From contig OZ316896.1 of NCBI GenBank assembly GCA_973895155.1, forward strand, positions 8,639,539-8,703,538: a stretch of DNA of 64,000 bases, written 5' to 3'. The translations under genes were made by a program, and so were the position numbers. The notes beneath the pieces are model-generated. The model worked only from the letters and a program-made list of their open reading frames with translations, did not search any database and was not told the origin of the DNA. The stretch is from Marsupella aquatica (Eukaryota; Plantae; Marchantiophyta). Below, piece by piece: positions 50,000-61,265 of this stretch (positions are counted from its first letter, which is position 1; the number at the start of each line of letters is the position of its first letter).

Positions 50000-52900
50000 T
50001 CAATCGTCATGTGGAGTAGCAGCCTCCACGGTCATCATGCGTCGCATGCTCCGCAGTCCAATCGCCTGGCAGTGTCGGTGGTGAACTGATGGCGATAGTG
50101 ATTTGGTGAAGAGATCCGCACAGTTGTCTGCACTTGAAATCTGCAAAATGTTGATCTCTTTTCCGTGTAACTCGTGGGTGTAGAAAAACTTTGGAGCTAT
50201 ATGCTTCACGCAATCGCCTTTGATGAATCCTTTCGTGATCTGCTGTATACATGCTGCGTTATCCTCAAAGATGTTAGTAGGCTTCGTTAGTGGTGGTAGG
50301 CCGCATTTGGTGTTGATGTGGTTTATAAAGGATCGTAACCAAACGGCTTCACGACTAGCCTCATGTAGAGCTAAGATTTCTGAGTGATTCGATGAGGTTG
50401 CTGTTAGGGTCTGTTTCACACTTTTCCAAGAAAAAGTGGTACCCCCTATGGTAAAAACGTATCCAGTTTGGGATTTTGCGATATCAGTGTCGGAGAGATA
50501 TCCGGCATCCGCGTATCCTATGAGCTCGTGGTTTGCACCGAATGGGTAAAATAACCCGGTATCGATGGTTCCACGTAGATATCTAAATATGTGCTTAACT
50601 CCATTCCAGTGTCTGGCTGTGGGAGTTGCACTATGTCTAGCTAGTAAGTTAACTGCAAATGCAATGTCTGGTCGTGTCTGATTTGCTAGATACATTAATG
50701 CTCCTATCACAGAAAGATACGGAGTTTCTGGTCCTAATAGTGGTTCATGTTCTTCGCGTTTGCGAAAAACATCAGTATTGTTTTCTAATGAACATACTAC
50801 CATTGATGACGTCAATGGATGTGCTAGGTTCATATTGAACTGTTTTAGGATCTTTTCAGTTTGTGTTGTCTGATGGAGCATCATGCCAGTGGGTAGGATC
50901 TCTAGTTGTAAGCCTAAGCAAAAGTTTGTATGTCCAAGGTCTTTCATCTCAAATGTTGATTTAAGACTGGTAATAGTATCTTTTGTAAGTTGGGGTGTCC
51001 CAAATATATTTAAGTCATCAACATAAATAGAAACGATGACATATTCGTCATCCACATGTTTAATAAATAAACATGGTGTAATGGCATCATGGGTAAAACC
51101 CATGGTAATCATTTCATCAGTAAATCTTTGATACCATACTCTGCCACTTTGTTTCAGGCCATATAATGCCTTCAACACGCGGATAGCTAGTCCGCGGCGA
51201 GTATTCCGTACGGTTGACACAGCGGTGTCGTTATTATGAGTTACATGTGTAGATGACACATGAGGTGTAACTTGAGATAATTGTTTTATAATCTTATGTA
51301 AATATGGGATATGCGATTTAGTGCCTTGAGCTAAAGCTCGGCGACGTTGCTCCAACTCAGGAGGTGATCGCATGTATAGACAAGTGTCTAAAGTTCCATA
51401 TAGATATGCGGTCGCAACATCCAGTTGTCGCATTTGTAGTTTATGGAAAATGGCAAATCCGATAAGGTATCGGAATGTTGTGCTATCCATAACCGGTGAG
51501 TAAGTTTCATCGTAATGAATTCCCGGTTGTTGTATAAATCCTTTCCCTACCAGACGTGCTTTATAGCGCACAACTTGGCCTTTATCATTTCTTTTGCGGA
51601 CAAATGTCCATTTGTAGCCAATGAGGTGTACGTCTTGTGGTGTTGGCTCAACTGGGCCAAAAGTGTGTCTGCTTAGTAGGGAATCTAATTCTCCATGTAT
51701 AGCTTTTTGCCATTCAGGCCAGTCTGGTCTGTTTTGGCATTCTAAGATAGATATTGGTTCGGGTGTATCATCAGTGATATGTGTTGCCACTATTAATGCA
51801 AAAGCATCATCTATTGAAGTAGTATTTCTATCCCACATTGTACCGGTGTGTGCGTAGTGGATAGAGATCTCTTCATGAGATGTAGATTCGGTATAATCGA
51901 CATCAGGTGAAGGTGGTATAGATGAACCACGCCTTCGTGGTTGTTTATCTTTTGATCCCAAGGGTCTACCTCGTTTTGCACGAGGTAGGGATGTACTTGC
52001 TGGCTCATTTGATAATTCAATGCGGGCAGATGCTCTTGCAGCTTGAATATGTGAGCGAGTAACTTGTGATGTATCGACAAAAGCGTCTGGAAGTTCTTCC
52101 ACAATCTTGTGGAGTTGCAAAATTCGCTGAACTTCTTTCTCCCCTTGATTGGTTCGAAGGTCTTGCCAAAATGGCGAATGTCTTTCCCACTCCAAAGGTG
52201 GTTGTGGGTGTTCAAGGGTTATTAATGGTGGATAAGCATTTTCATCGAAATGGCAATCTAGAAATCTGGATTTAAAAACGTCGCCAGTTGTAGGCTCCAT
52301 ATATCGGATTATGGACGGAGAGTCGAATCCGATGTATATCCCCAACTGTCGTTGGGGTCCCATCTTGGTTCGTTTGGGTGGAGTAATGAGGACCATTACT
52401 TGACATCCAAATGAACGAAGGTGTGATAGGTCAGGTTTGATACCATTAGCAATTTGGTATGGGCTATAGGTATTAAAAGCCAATGGGCGGTATTGAATTA
52501 ATGCATTAGCCTGTAATATGGCGTGTCCCCATGCTGAGACTGGGAGTTTCGACTGCATTAGTAGTGGGCGTGCGATTAACTGAAGGCGTTTAATGACCGC
52601 TTCAGCTAATCCGTTCTGAAAATGCACGTGAGGTACAGGATATTGTACGTCTATGCCAAGTGATGTGCAAAAGTCGTCAAATGTTTCGGATGTGAATTCC
52701 CCTGCATTGTCCACCCTGAGTGTCTTAATGGGGTGATCTGGGAATTGTGCTTTCACGCGCAAGATTTGCGCCAAAATGCGAGGCATAACCATGTTCCTCG
52801 TTGAAAGTAGTGTCACATTTGACCATTTAGTTGATGCGTCGATTAATACCATAAAGTAGCGGAAATGTCCGCTTGGTGGGTTAATTGGTCCGCAAACATT

Positions 52901-54649
52901 TGCATGGATTATTTCCAAGAATTGGGGTATTTTAGTTGGCAATTTTGATGTCGTGGGTCTTGTTATTAATTTTCTGCGTGAGCATGCAGTGCATGGAGTG
53001 CTCGCTGGAATGTGGCGTGTATTGATTGGAATGCCTCTTGAATTCTTAATGATTTTGGTTAGCATTGATTGGCCGGGATGGCCGAGGCGTGCATGCCAAA
53101 GCGCATGCAATTCGCTTGTGTTGGCATTGTTATGCAGACATTCAATATGAGTTACATAAAACCCGCAAGGGTACGAGAAAAGGGTTTCTTTAATGATTTT
53201 CCCCGTAAGGGTATTTTCAACCAAGTGTATCACTTCCTGGTCTTTTGTATCGCCCGTCTGGACATGTAGTCCATTTGCTCGTATATCTCTAAAACTGAGG
53301 AGATTATGGGTTGCGTTCAGGGCGAAAATGGCAGATTCTATGTGAATCGCTGTACCCTGCGGTAGTCTAATGGAAGCTGGGCCGAAGCCTTCTTCTATTT
53401 GGCTAGGGCCATTTATAGTGGTCAGGGATCTACGTGAGGGTGTAATCTTGTGGAAAAGGTGTCTATCCCTGAGGATAGTATGCGTGGTCGCACTGTCGAT
53501 AATACATGTGCTTGGACTATTTAAATCTAGTGTAGTGGAGCTACTTGCCACTAAGTGTGCCTCGGGTTGGACAGGTAGGTCTGAAAAGTCTTGGAATGGG
53601 TCACTAGACTCCATGAACGCCCCGTAGGTTTCACGGGGTGGTGGCCTAGAGGTTTGTCCATCCTGGATGGACCGTTGGTATAGATCTCTAAGGTGTTGCG
53701 GGATTCTACAGTTTCTCGCTAGGTGGTTTGTCATGCCACATTCATGGCATTTCGGTCGTTCTCGTTGTTGTCGGGATTGTGACCAATCATTTCTACGGTT
53801 GTCATTATATGTTCTACCACCGCTGCGTCCTCCGCGTCCGCCACGTCCGCCACGTCCTCCTCGTCCTCCACGTCCTTTAAAGGTTCGTTGGTAGTTATAT
53901 TGTGGATGTTGGTTATAGAAACTCTCCCTGTTGTGGGTGTTTCTCCGGTTGCTATTCTTAGTGCGTTTAATGCCTTGCCTCGATGTGGAGGGTTCATCAT
54001 TTTCTATGTTATGGGTTTCATTCTGTTGTCCTGAGGGCAGTGTGCCCGCAGGTCATTTTCTAGAGTTTACTAAAAGAAGTTCTTGGTTTCTTTCGGTGAC
54101 TAGGAGGTGGGCTATGAGCTCGGAGTATTGCCCGAACTTCATGTTTCGATACTGTGTTGATAGCCACACATTCGATGAATGAAATGTCGACAAGGTCTTC
54201 TCTAGCAGATCCTTGTCTGTGACCGGCTCGCCACATAGTGCGAGGGTTGATGTTATTCTAAAGAGTTCGCTATTGTAGGCTGAAATAGAGGTAAAGTCTT
54301 GGACTCGCAGGTTTAGCCAGTCTTGCCTGGCTTTAGGTAGTTCAACCAGTTTTTAGTGGTCGAATCGGGTTTGGAGCGCTGTCCATAGTTCACGAGGGGT
54401 TGAGAGGTGCATGTATTGTCTTTGTAGGAATCTATGGATATGGCGTCTAAGGAATACGAGAGCCTTAGATTCGTTGGCTTTAGTTAACGGGTCTGGTTGG
54501 GGTTCGCCGGTTAGTATAGGTTGAGCCATCCCTATAGCTGGGAGTAGGGTTAGCGAGGTTAGGTTCTCTCTGAGGTTCATTGACCATTCCAGGTAGTTGC
54601 TACCATCGATGTCTAGGGCTGGAAAAGTTAATTTTTCGAGGTTGGTCAT
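50000..54649 (-). pseudogene. gag-pol polyprotein of copia copy 2 (single frame, ~1549 codons; 2 stops in gag, pol open)
   Basis: Start MTNLEKLTFPALDIDG at 54649. Stops TAA at 54353 and TGA at 54053. The 1244-aa open frame 50000-53734 holds PR, IN, RT and RH. The first integrase catalytic Asp reads Asn (HANVCGP versus HADVCGP in copy 1). Confidence 0.95.
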
Positions 54650-55943
54650 CGGGGTGGTGGCTTGATTCCTTTTTAATGGTGTTTGAGGCTTATATACTAG
54701 TAAGTATAGTAGGAAACGACAAAGCACATTTCTGCGGCATGCAAGGTGGGGCTCGGTGGAGAGAGCATGCAAATCCAGAATTCAATTTTAGGGTTTGCAC
54801 TTAGGATTTAGGTTTTCCTTGCTATTTGGTTAACTGCAAAGTTTCCTTTGTATTTTCTTTTTCCTTTGTTAAACTGTGCAGTAATGGAATTGTGCAGTTT
54901 GTGCAGTTATGGGTGGTAATATACTCGTGCCTTGGTTAAGTGCACATGTGGCTTTGTAAAGTAAATTTTTCTTGGTTGCGGTGTGCAGTTATGTGGATGT
55001 GCGCTTAGGTTTTGCAGTTATGGTTAAGTGCAACTTTTCCTTTGTAACTGAAATCTCTTTGATGGATTTTGCACTTAAAGAGGTTTTTGCACTTAGCGGC
55101 GGTTTCTCGACGTTTTTCGATTGATGTTGCGAAATTTCGATTTCAACGACCTCCTTCCAAGCTCCTCTGCGGTCTTTGCTGTAGCTCCGGCCTTCCGTGA
55201 CTGTTACTGCTTAGATTCTTTCATTTTTGTCCTCCTCTTCTAATCGTTTTGCTTTTTTCTCAGGTTCCAATCCTGTGTGTTATGTCCTTATGGGGATTGG
55301 GGTGGTGGCTGCCTCTCTCTTACCCTTTCGAATCTCAGTGCCTCCGCTTCAACTTCGAGCTCTCTTCCTCTATCTGCTGCCGTTGTTCGATCAGGTTTCC
55401 AGGGGTTTGCGCTTGTCCTTTAGATTCCAATCGGCCTCTGCAACGATTTGTGCTCTCTTTCTGTTTGTGGCTTCGATCAGTTTCTGCTTCTAAAGTTTTC
55501 TCTTTTACTTTGTTAATCTGCCTCCTTGCTGCCCCGGTCGTTAACTGCTTATGATCGATATGCTGCAGTTTCGATTCGATGAATGGGTCCCGTTGCCTCT
55601 TTTTCTTCTCACAATAATTTTCTTGAGGAATCGGTCCTCACAGTGCCTCTCGTCCATTCTTTCTCTTCAGAAGGTGATTTCGATTGGACTCTTTTCAATT
55701 CTCAGTTGTCGATGCTGTTCTGATCAATTTTCTTCTCAGCATGCTTCTCCTTATTGTGTTCTTGATCCGCATCAATCTTTTCGCTTCTCGGTGTCCTTAT
55801 GAATCAGTGCGTTTCTGCTGCTTCCGCCTTATTAATTTTCATATGCTTCTGGCTGGGTCTCTTTAATTTCTTCTTACTCGATCCTTACTCAATTCGCCAT
55901 AGGTTTTCTTCTCGATTCTCCTTTTGCTCCGCTCGGTGAGCCC

Positions 55944-55957
55944 TCGTGCTGATAACG
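55944..55957 (-). promoter_or_regulatory. Primer-binding site, half-tRNA-Ile type
   Basis: Same 14-mer as copy 1 (TCGTGCTGATAACG on +), abutting the 5' LTR. Confidence 0.85.
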
Positions 55958-56072
55958 TGTTAGAGTCTGAATGAGAATGAATCATGTATAGTCTGTGGCG
56001 GTTGGTACATATAGTGGTGCCGGTCCGGTGACTGGTTGATCCGGTCGTCCGGTCACCAGGTAGAGTCTAACA
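55958..56072 (-). repeat. 5' LTR of copia copy 2 (115 bp)
   Basis: Identical to 49573-49687. Confidence 0.97.
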
Positions 56073-56551
56073 AATAATGTATAAACATACAAAGAAAACA
56101 ATTCAAGAGTATTTTACCTTAAACTTGGGATGCCTAGAAAAAGTGCACCTTAAGTCTAAAGTTCTAATAACAAGAGAGCCAGACCCAGCTAGTGAGGGTC
56201 TTTCCTGAGATTCAGAAAGGACCGTCAGTATGGGTGTAATAAGCAGCATCATTCGGACAGATCGAGGTAAGTATTAAAAAGGTACACTTAGTCAAGATTC
56301 AATCAGCCAGATCATTTTTATGCATTAAAGAAAACTAAACCTGCTACCGTCGTGCGGGGGACTTCTATTGCACATTCTATGATGAACAGAATGTAGTACA
56401 CTAATCATTTTTTGTCATAGGAGTAAAACATCTTAATCATACAACTTTGTTAGTAAATTTAGTCTCTAAGTGGAATTTGAAGCCCATGGACCACAAGGTT
56501 AGTCATTGAAACCTCGATGGATTACATTTCTCAAACTTTCAGTTTGAATGT

Positions 56552-56735
56552 AATTGTTTTGGCGCTTTCCCAACTTTTCACTAGGCAATGCTAAAAGCAC
56601 ATTTTTTATTTTTCTTCTTATTTCTCAAACACCTTTTGAGAAATTGTTCAAAGTTATTTGAGAAAAGAAGAAACAAAATCAAAAATGTGCTTTTAGCATT
56701 GCCTAGTGGAAAGTTGGGAAAGCGCCAAAACAATT
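56552..56735. repeat. Long near-perfect foldback (184 bp), MITE-like
   Basis: AATTGTTTTGGCGCTTTCCCAACTTTTCACTAGGCAATGCTAAAAGCACATTTTT pairs with AAAAATGTGCTTTTAGCATTGCCTAGTGGAAAGTTGGGAAAGCGCCAAAACAATT (55 bp, 1 mismatch). Imperfect pairing continues inward. Confidence 0.9.
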
Positions 56736-58795
56736 CAAAATGAGACTTCTACAACATTTGCTACAAACTTACAGGTTCACCAAAAATCATTTTTAAAAGG
56801 AGAAGTTTGTCTGTAACTTCAAGGACGCCATTGCATAGTTTAACTCTCATGCCAAATCATCTTAGAAAGTTGAATGCTATACTACACCACCTTGCTAGTG
56901 CAAGCATAGCAACAAGTTTTTTCACAACTCATACTTTTTATTGAGCTTGCATGCATGGAGAATCCACAGCCACTATGTACTACTTCTCTTCCTCTCATTC
57001 AAATTCAATTCAAAATCCATATCCATCTCCATCTCCATCTCCATCTCTTTTTTAAATTTCTCATCTCATTTGTTCAAGTTCCAGCAACACTCATTCAATT
57101 CATGAAGCAACCATGTACCTTAAATCAATGCAATTCCTCCAATGGACAAGTAGAGTACCTTCATAGGAGACTTCATTGCTAAAGAAGAAAGTAAACATAT
57201 GAAGAATCAGAGAGGTCAAGATACAAAAGAGAATAGTGGAAGGCCATGCCTTAGCCAACAGTTTTGTGGAGGGTTAACTTAGAGTCTATTTTGAATACCA
57301 TGTGCAATCCTAGCCCAAGTCTTAGCCTAATTAAAGTACCATCTATTTCATATGAATATATTCTAAAGATGCCCAAGATTTCCAATTTTAATGTACGATT
57401 TTAGTGTATTAAAAATTAATATTCTATATTTTTCCTATATAACAATTCCTTGTTACTGTCTCCTTTACTTTATAAAAGAAATCCAAATCAACTTTAAAAT
57501 GTACAATTCTTTATTGCACACTGTTCTTAGGGTGTTTTGTAGTTGAACCTTGAAGCCAACAGTATGGTCTACAAAAGTCACTTGTTTCATCCTAGTTCTC
57601 TTAAATTCCATTAAAAATCTTGAGTTCAAGTGGAATCTTGAACTGTGAATTCTTGAACTGAAAGGTAGAGATTCAAAGACTATCCAAGAATATTGATTAT
57701 GGGCCCAATCAAAAGTCTATTACAAAATTCTGGCATGTCATTGTTTCACATCATCAATTTTTGCCCCAAGTTTATCTAAACCTGTCTGTTTATGTTTTGG
57801 ATGACGCCGGACAAAATAGTTGCGCATGGAAACCCTAGAAAGTAAAATAATATTGAATCCCAAATAGCAAAGAGCTATGGTAGATCAAAAGTTTACAATT
57901 GTAATCGTGTAGACTTTATATTTCATAGCATAATATATAGATAAATTATATTTTTCCCTTGAAAAAACAATAAGTAACGAGTAAGTTCAATTATTAGATT
58001 TGATTGATTGATGCATTTGATCAATCATTGCTCAGCAAAGATGAGTGTGGACGATAACACACAATTGTCACAAGAAAAGGTGCATGTGGTTGGATTTCTT
58101 AGATCCACAAATGAGGTAAAATATTGATAAATAGATGCACTTACCATGTGCACTTTAAACCAACTATACTTTAAGCTAATAAACTATTTATTCTTTTGAG
58201 GTTTTTTGATGTTGTTTCAAGGGTAGGTCAGCATCATGAGAGCTTTTGGACCATAATTTTGTCATCTCAAGTTTATTTGGATTGAGATGACAATTGGGGA
58301 ATCACTTGAATGTTAGGTTTATTAGAAGAGGGTGCAAGCACATGAATGTTTTTTTGTTTTTGGCTATTTTTTACCCTGTCAGGCTAGTAAGTATAATCAA
58401 AAACTTATATGTAGGGCACTAAAAAATCTAATTTTCGTAAAACATTGTTTTTTATATTTAACAAGGTATTTAGAAATTTGTCAAAGTCTATACTAAAAGT
58501 GCACTAGGTTTTCTAATTCAGTTTATTTTTTAATATATTTGTCCAAATTTTTTTTATTTTACCCAAATGTACTAGAGGTTTTTGACCAAGTGATCCTTAA
58601 TCCTTACTACCATTTATTTAGTTAGCTCATAAAAATTTTGTCTCTGCCATAAAACCAGTTTATGTCCTTGATTGTACCTTACTTATGGCCCTCTTTTCAC
58701 ACGCCCTCGTCTAACTAGTCTAACTAATAAAGGGCAATGAAAGCTACTTCCCGGGCCTACTATCTAGAGTGGAGCCTCTAGACAATAGCTCTATG

Positions 58796-59085
58796 CTCGG
58801 GGTCTCACTATATGGGGACTTCCCCATCACCTGCTTTTAGGCCTTGGATCCCCTAAAATGTAAGAAAAAATATTATTTTTTAACCTTTATAAAGTTGAAA
58901 TATTCTTGGAATATTTCAAAAATTGGATTAAAAAGACCCTAATGTTCTTATAAGTCTCAAAATTGATTTTAAAAGACCTTATTGTTCTTCTGCAAAAATT
59001 CTTAAGTTTTCCTTTAGAACCAATAAAATGACCCTATCATTTGTCGCATGTGATGTACCATTTTTGTGGAAGTGAAACCCCCAAG
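58796..59085. mobile_element. hAT-like MITE (290 bp), copy 2
   Basis: TIRs CTCGGGGTCTCAC / GTGAAACCCCCAAG. 8-bp TSD GCTCTATG (58788-58795, 59086-59093). Collinear with 38339-38635. Confidence 0.9.
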
Positions 59086-59198
59086 GCTCTATGTGAAGGC
59101 ATAATTGAAATTGAAGGCAAAGATGATGATCATGAAATAAGGGGAATCCTTTTCTCTTCAAGTCTTGTTTTGTTCAAATATTGTCATCTCCAATCACA

Positions 59199-59360
59199 TA
59201 TAGGGTAATGGCAGTCTAGTCTAGGGTTACTAGCCTGAAACCCAGTGACTAGAAGCAGAAAAAAACCTAACCAACAGTAGCTAGTAGCTGGGAAGCATTT
59301 TTTGAGCTTTCTTGGAGTAGGGTTCAGGCTATAACCCCTGTCCAGACCTCCATTACATGA
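59199..59360. mobile_element. Foldback MITE-like element, inverted homologue of 36773-36939
   Basis: Arms AGGGTTACTAGCCTGAAACCC / GGGTTCAGGCTATAACCCC and CCAGACCTCCATTAC are shared with the 36.8-kb copy. Boundaries approximate. Confidence 0.55.
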
Positions 59361-59380
59361 TTGTTGTCTGGAAAAAGGTT

Positions 59381-59586
59381 ATTTCATGGCAAGAGATTAT
59401 GTGAATAGTAGGTACCTCCAAAAATGGTTACACATCACTAACCTACAATCCCTTTAGAAATTAGGTTCATGGGAATAGCAGGCATTTCATGGCAGGAGAT
59501 TATGTGAATAGTAGGTACCTCCAAAAATGGTTACACATCACTAACCTACAATCCCTTTAGAAATTAGGTTCATGGGAATAGCAGGC
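59381..59586. repeat. Recent tandem duplication, 2 x 103 bp
   Basis: ATTTCATGGCA(A/G)GAGATTATGTG...GGGAATAGCAGGC at 59381 and 59484, one mismatch. Confidence 0.95.
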
Positions 59587-60546
59587 ACCTTAAAAAATGT
59601 TTGCACACCACTAATCTACATTCAGTACAGCAATCACAATCAAGGAACTGGTAATCAGGCTACTTTAGTGGAGAAAAAACCAAAAAGTAATTTCAACTTT
59701 TAATTACTCTATCACTAATTAAGGATGTTCAGATTTGTAACTTATTGTGGTGTTTTTTTTTGTATTTTACAAATATGTCAGGGTTTTGTATACAGATAAC
59801 AAGTTCAACAAAGTGACTAAAGTGAGAATATACAATAAACCATGACATAATTGTAAATACAACAAAAACAAAAGCCCAGATAGACCTAGACATTGTTTCT
59901 ACCCATCCCCATGGACTATGTAAAGCTATCATTGTTTTTCCACCAAAAAGAAAAAGTAACCGGTCACGGACTGTAGTTGACAACTTTGACTACCTTGGGG
60001 GAGAAAGTGTCAAGACATTATGGTGATCCTGAGTAACGGCATGGCATCTTGATGTCTTTCAGGTTCAAGGTCATCTACTGTAGTCGTCAAGGTACCAAAA
60101 TAACCGGTTCAATAATGTAATTAAAACCAGCTGCAAACAGTAAGGAGATCATTTAGAAGTCACATTTCAATCAAAAATGTAAATAGTGTTATCCAAGTCA
60201 ATTTAAATGTTCTGAGCATGTCCATCCAAGTTTTGCCAGTCCATCTAGGCTTCCTAGACAAACTGGAGGTTCATCCTGGAGATAGTTTAGTAAATTAACA
60301 GATAGTTAATGACAATGTATTCAAAGCTGCATCTTCGTAATAATAAGCTAAATGGCACTTCTTTCTCCTTGGCACTTGTGGGGTTGGGTCAGTGCGGTAT
60401 CCAGGTCCTGAGCAAGGCAGGTGATGGTCTTGTAAGACAAAGAGGCCTTTGGGTCAAACTGAAATTAAGTTGCTTCGATACCCATCAGTGGTCAATCCTG
60501 GACCACCTGCAGTTTCTGCTGTAATTCATTTGGTGGCATTTTTACA

Positions 60547-60725
60547 TAGGTATTTGTTTGATCAACCCCCAAAATGAAATTTGTTACTTGATCAACCCCT
60601 TGAGATCTATCAACGGTCCAAATCTGAGATTGAAAGGTCCATCAACGATCCAGATTAGAGAAAAATACTGAGGGGGTTGATTAAGCAAACTTTTCCCAGA
60701 AGGGGGTCTACTAAGCATATCTCTC
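60547..60725. mobile_element. Mutator-like MITE (~180 bp) upstream of DENR
   Basis: Flanked by the 10-bp direct repeat CATTTTTACA (60537-60546, 60726-60735). Degenerate TIRs with TTGATCAACCCC / GGGGTTGATTAA and an internal TCAACGGTCCA motif. Confidence 0.65.
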
Positions 60726-61265
60726 CATTTTTACAATGAAGTTGTGCTTCTTTCTCGTCTTACTATGAAAGAGTGAAAGAAGTCTACTCTTAAGGGCCTA
60801 ACCCATAATACAAACAAAAAAGTGAAAAAAAAATTAAATGAGAATAGACAAGGAAGGGGTAATGGGGCTGGTAGCATTTGTTCGACCCTGGAGTAGAGAA
60901 CAGGATTCGAACCCGAGACCACGAATTAGAGCAGAATGTTGCGCAGACTACTGTAAGCGAAAAATACCTTTCGAGGGTTTCTTACGTTCTCTCCTTGTTG
61001 CCAAAAGCGAAAATCGTGCTCGCCCAATCTGCACCCACCTCGATCGTCCCTCGCACTTCGAAGAAAGGATTGGGGATTACAAGGATTCCTAAGGAGAAGG
61101 AACGACGATATCTTTTTCCGAGCACGACGCAGGAAGGCGGAAGACTGTGGTGCCCTGTCGCTAATGTCCAGGCCGCTTCACCGAGCTGTGGGAGCAGTTG
61201 TCCGAGCTCAAACGCACAGCTGCTACTGCTGCTGCCCGTCGTGGAGCACGAAGTGATAACGGGCG

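Larger units (their letters stand above)
49573..56072 (-). mobile_element. Full-length Ty1/copia LTR retrotransposon, Bianca-like (copy 2, 6500 bp)
   Basis: Two identical 115-bp LTRs (49573-49687, 55958-56072). TSD AATAA (49568-49572, 56073-56077). PBS at 55944-55957, PPT at 49688-49700. The coding region is collinear and highly similar to copy 1. Confidence 0.97.

Noticed and set aside
60880-60935. GGGTTCGAATCC B-box on the minus strand as a tRNA gene
   Set aside because: No A-box or acceptor-stem pairing; at most a tRNA-derived fragment.
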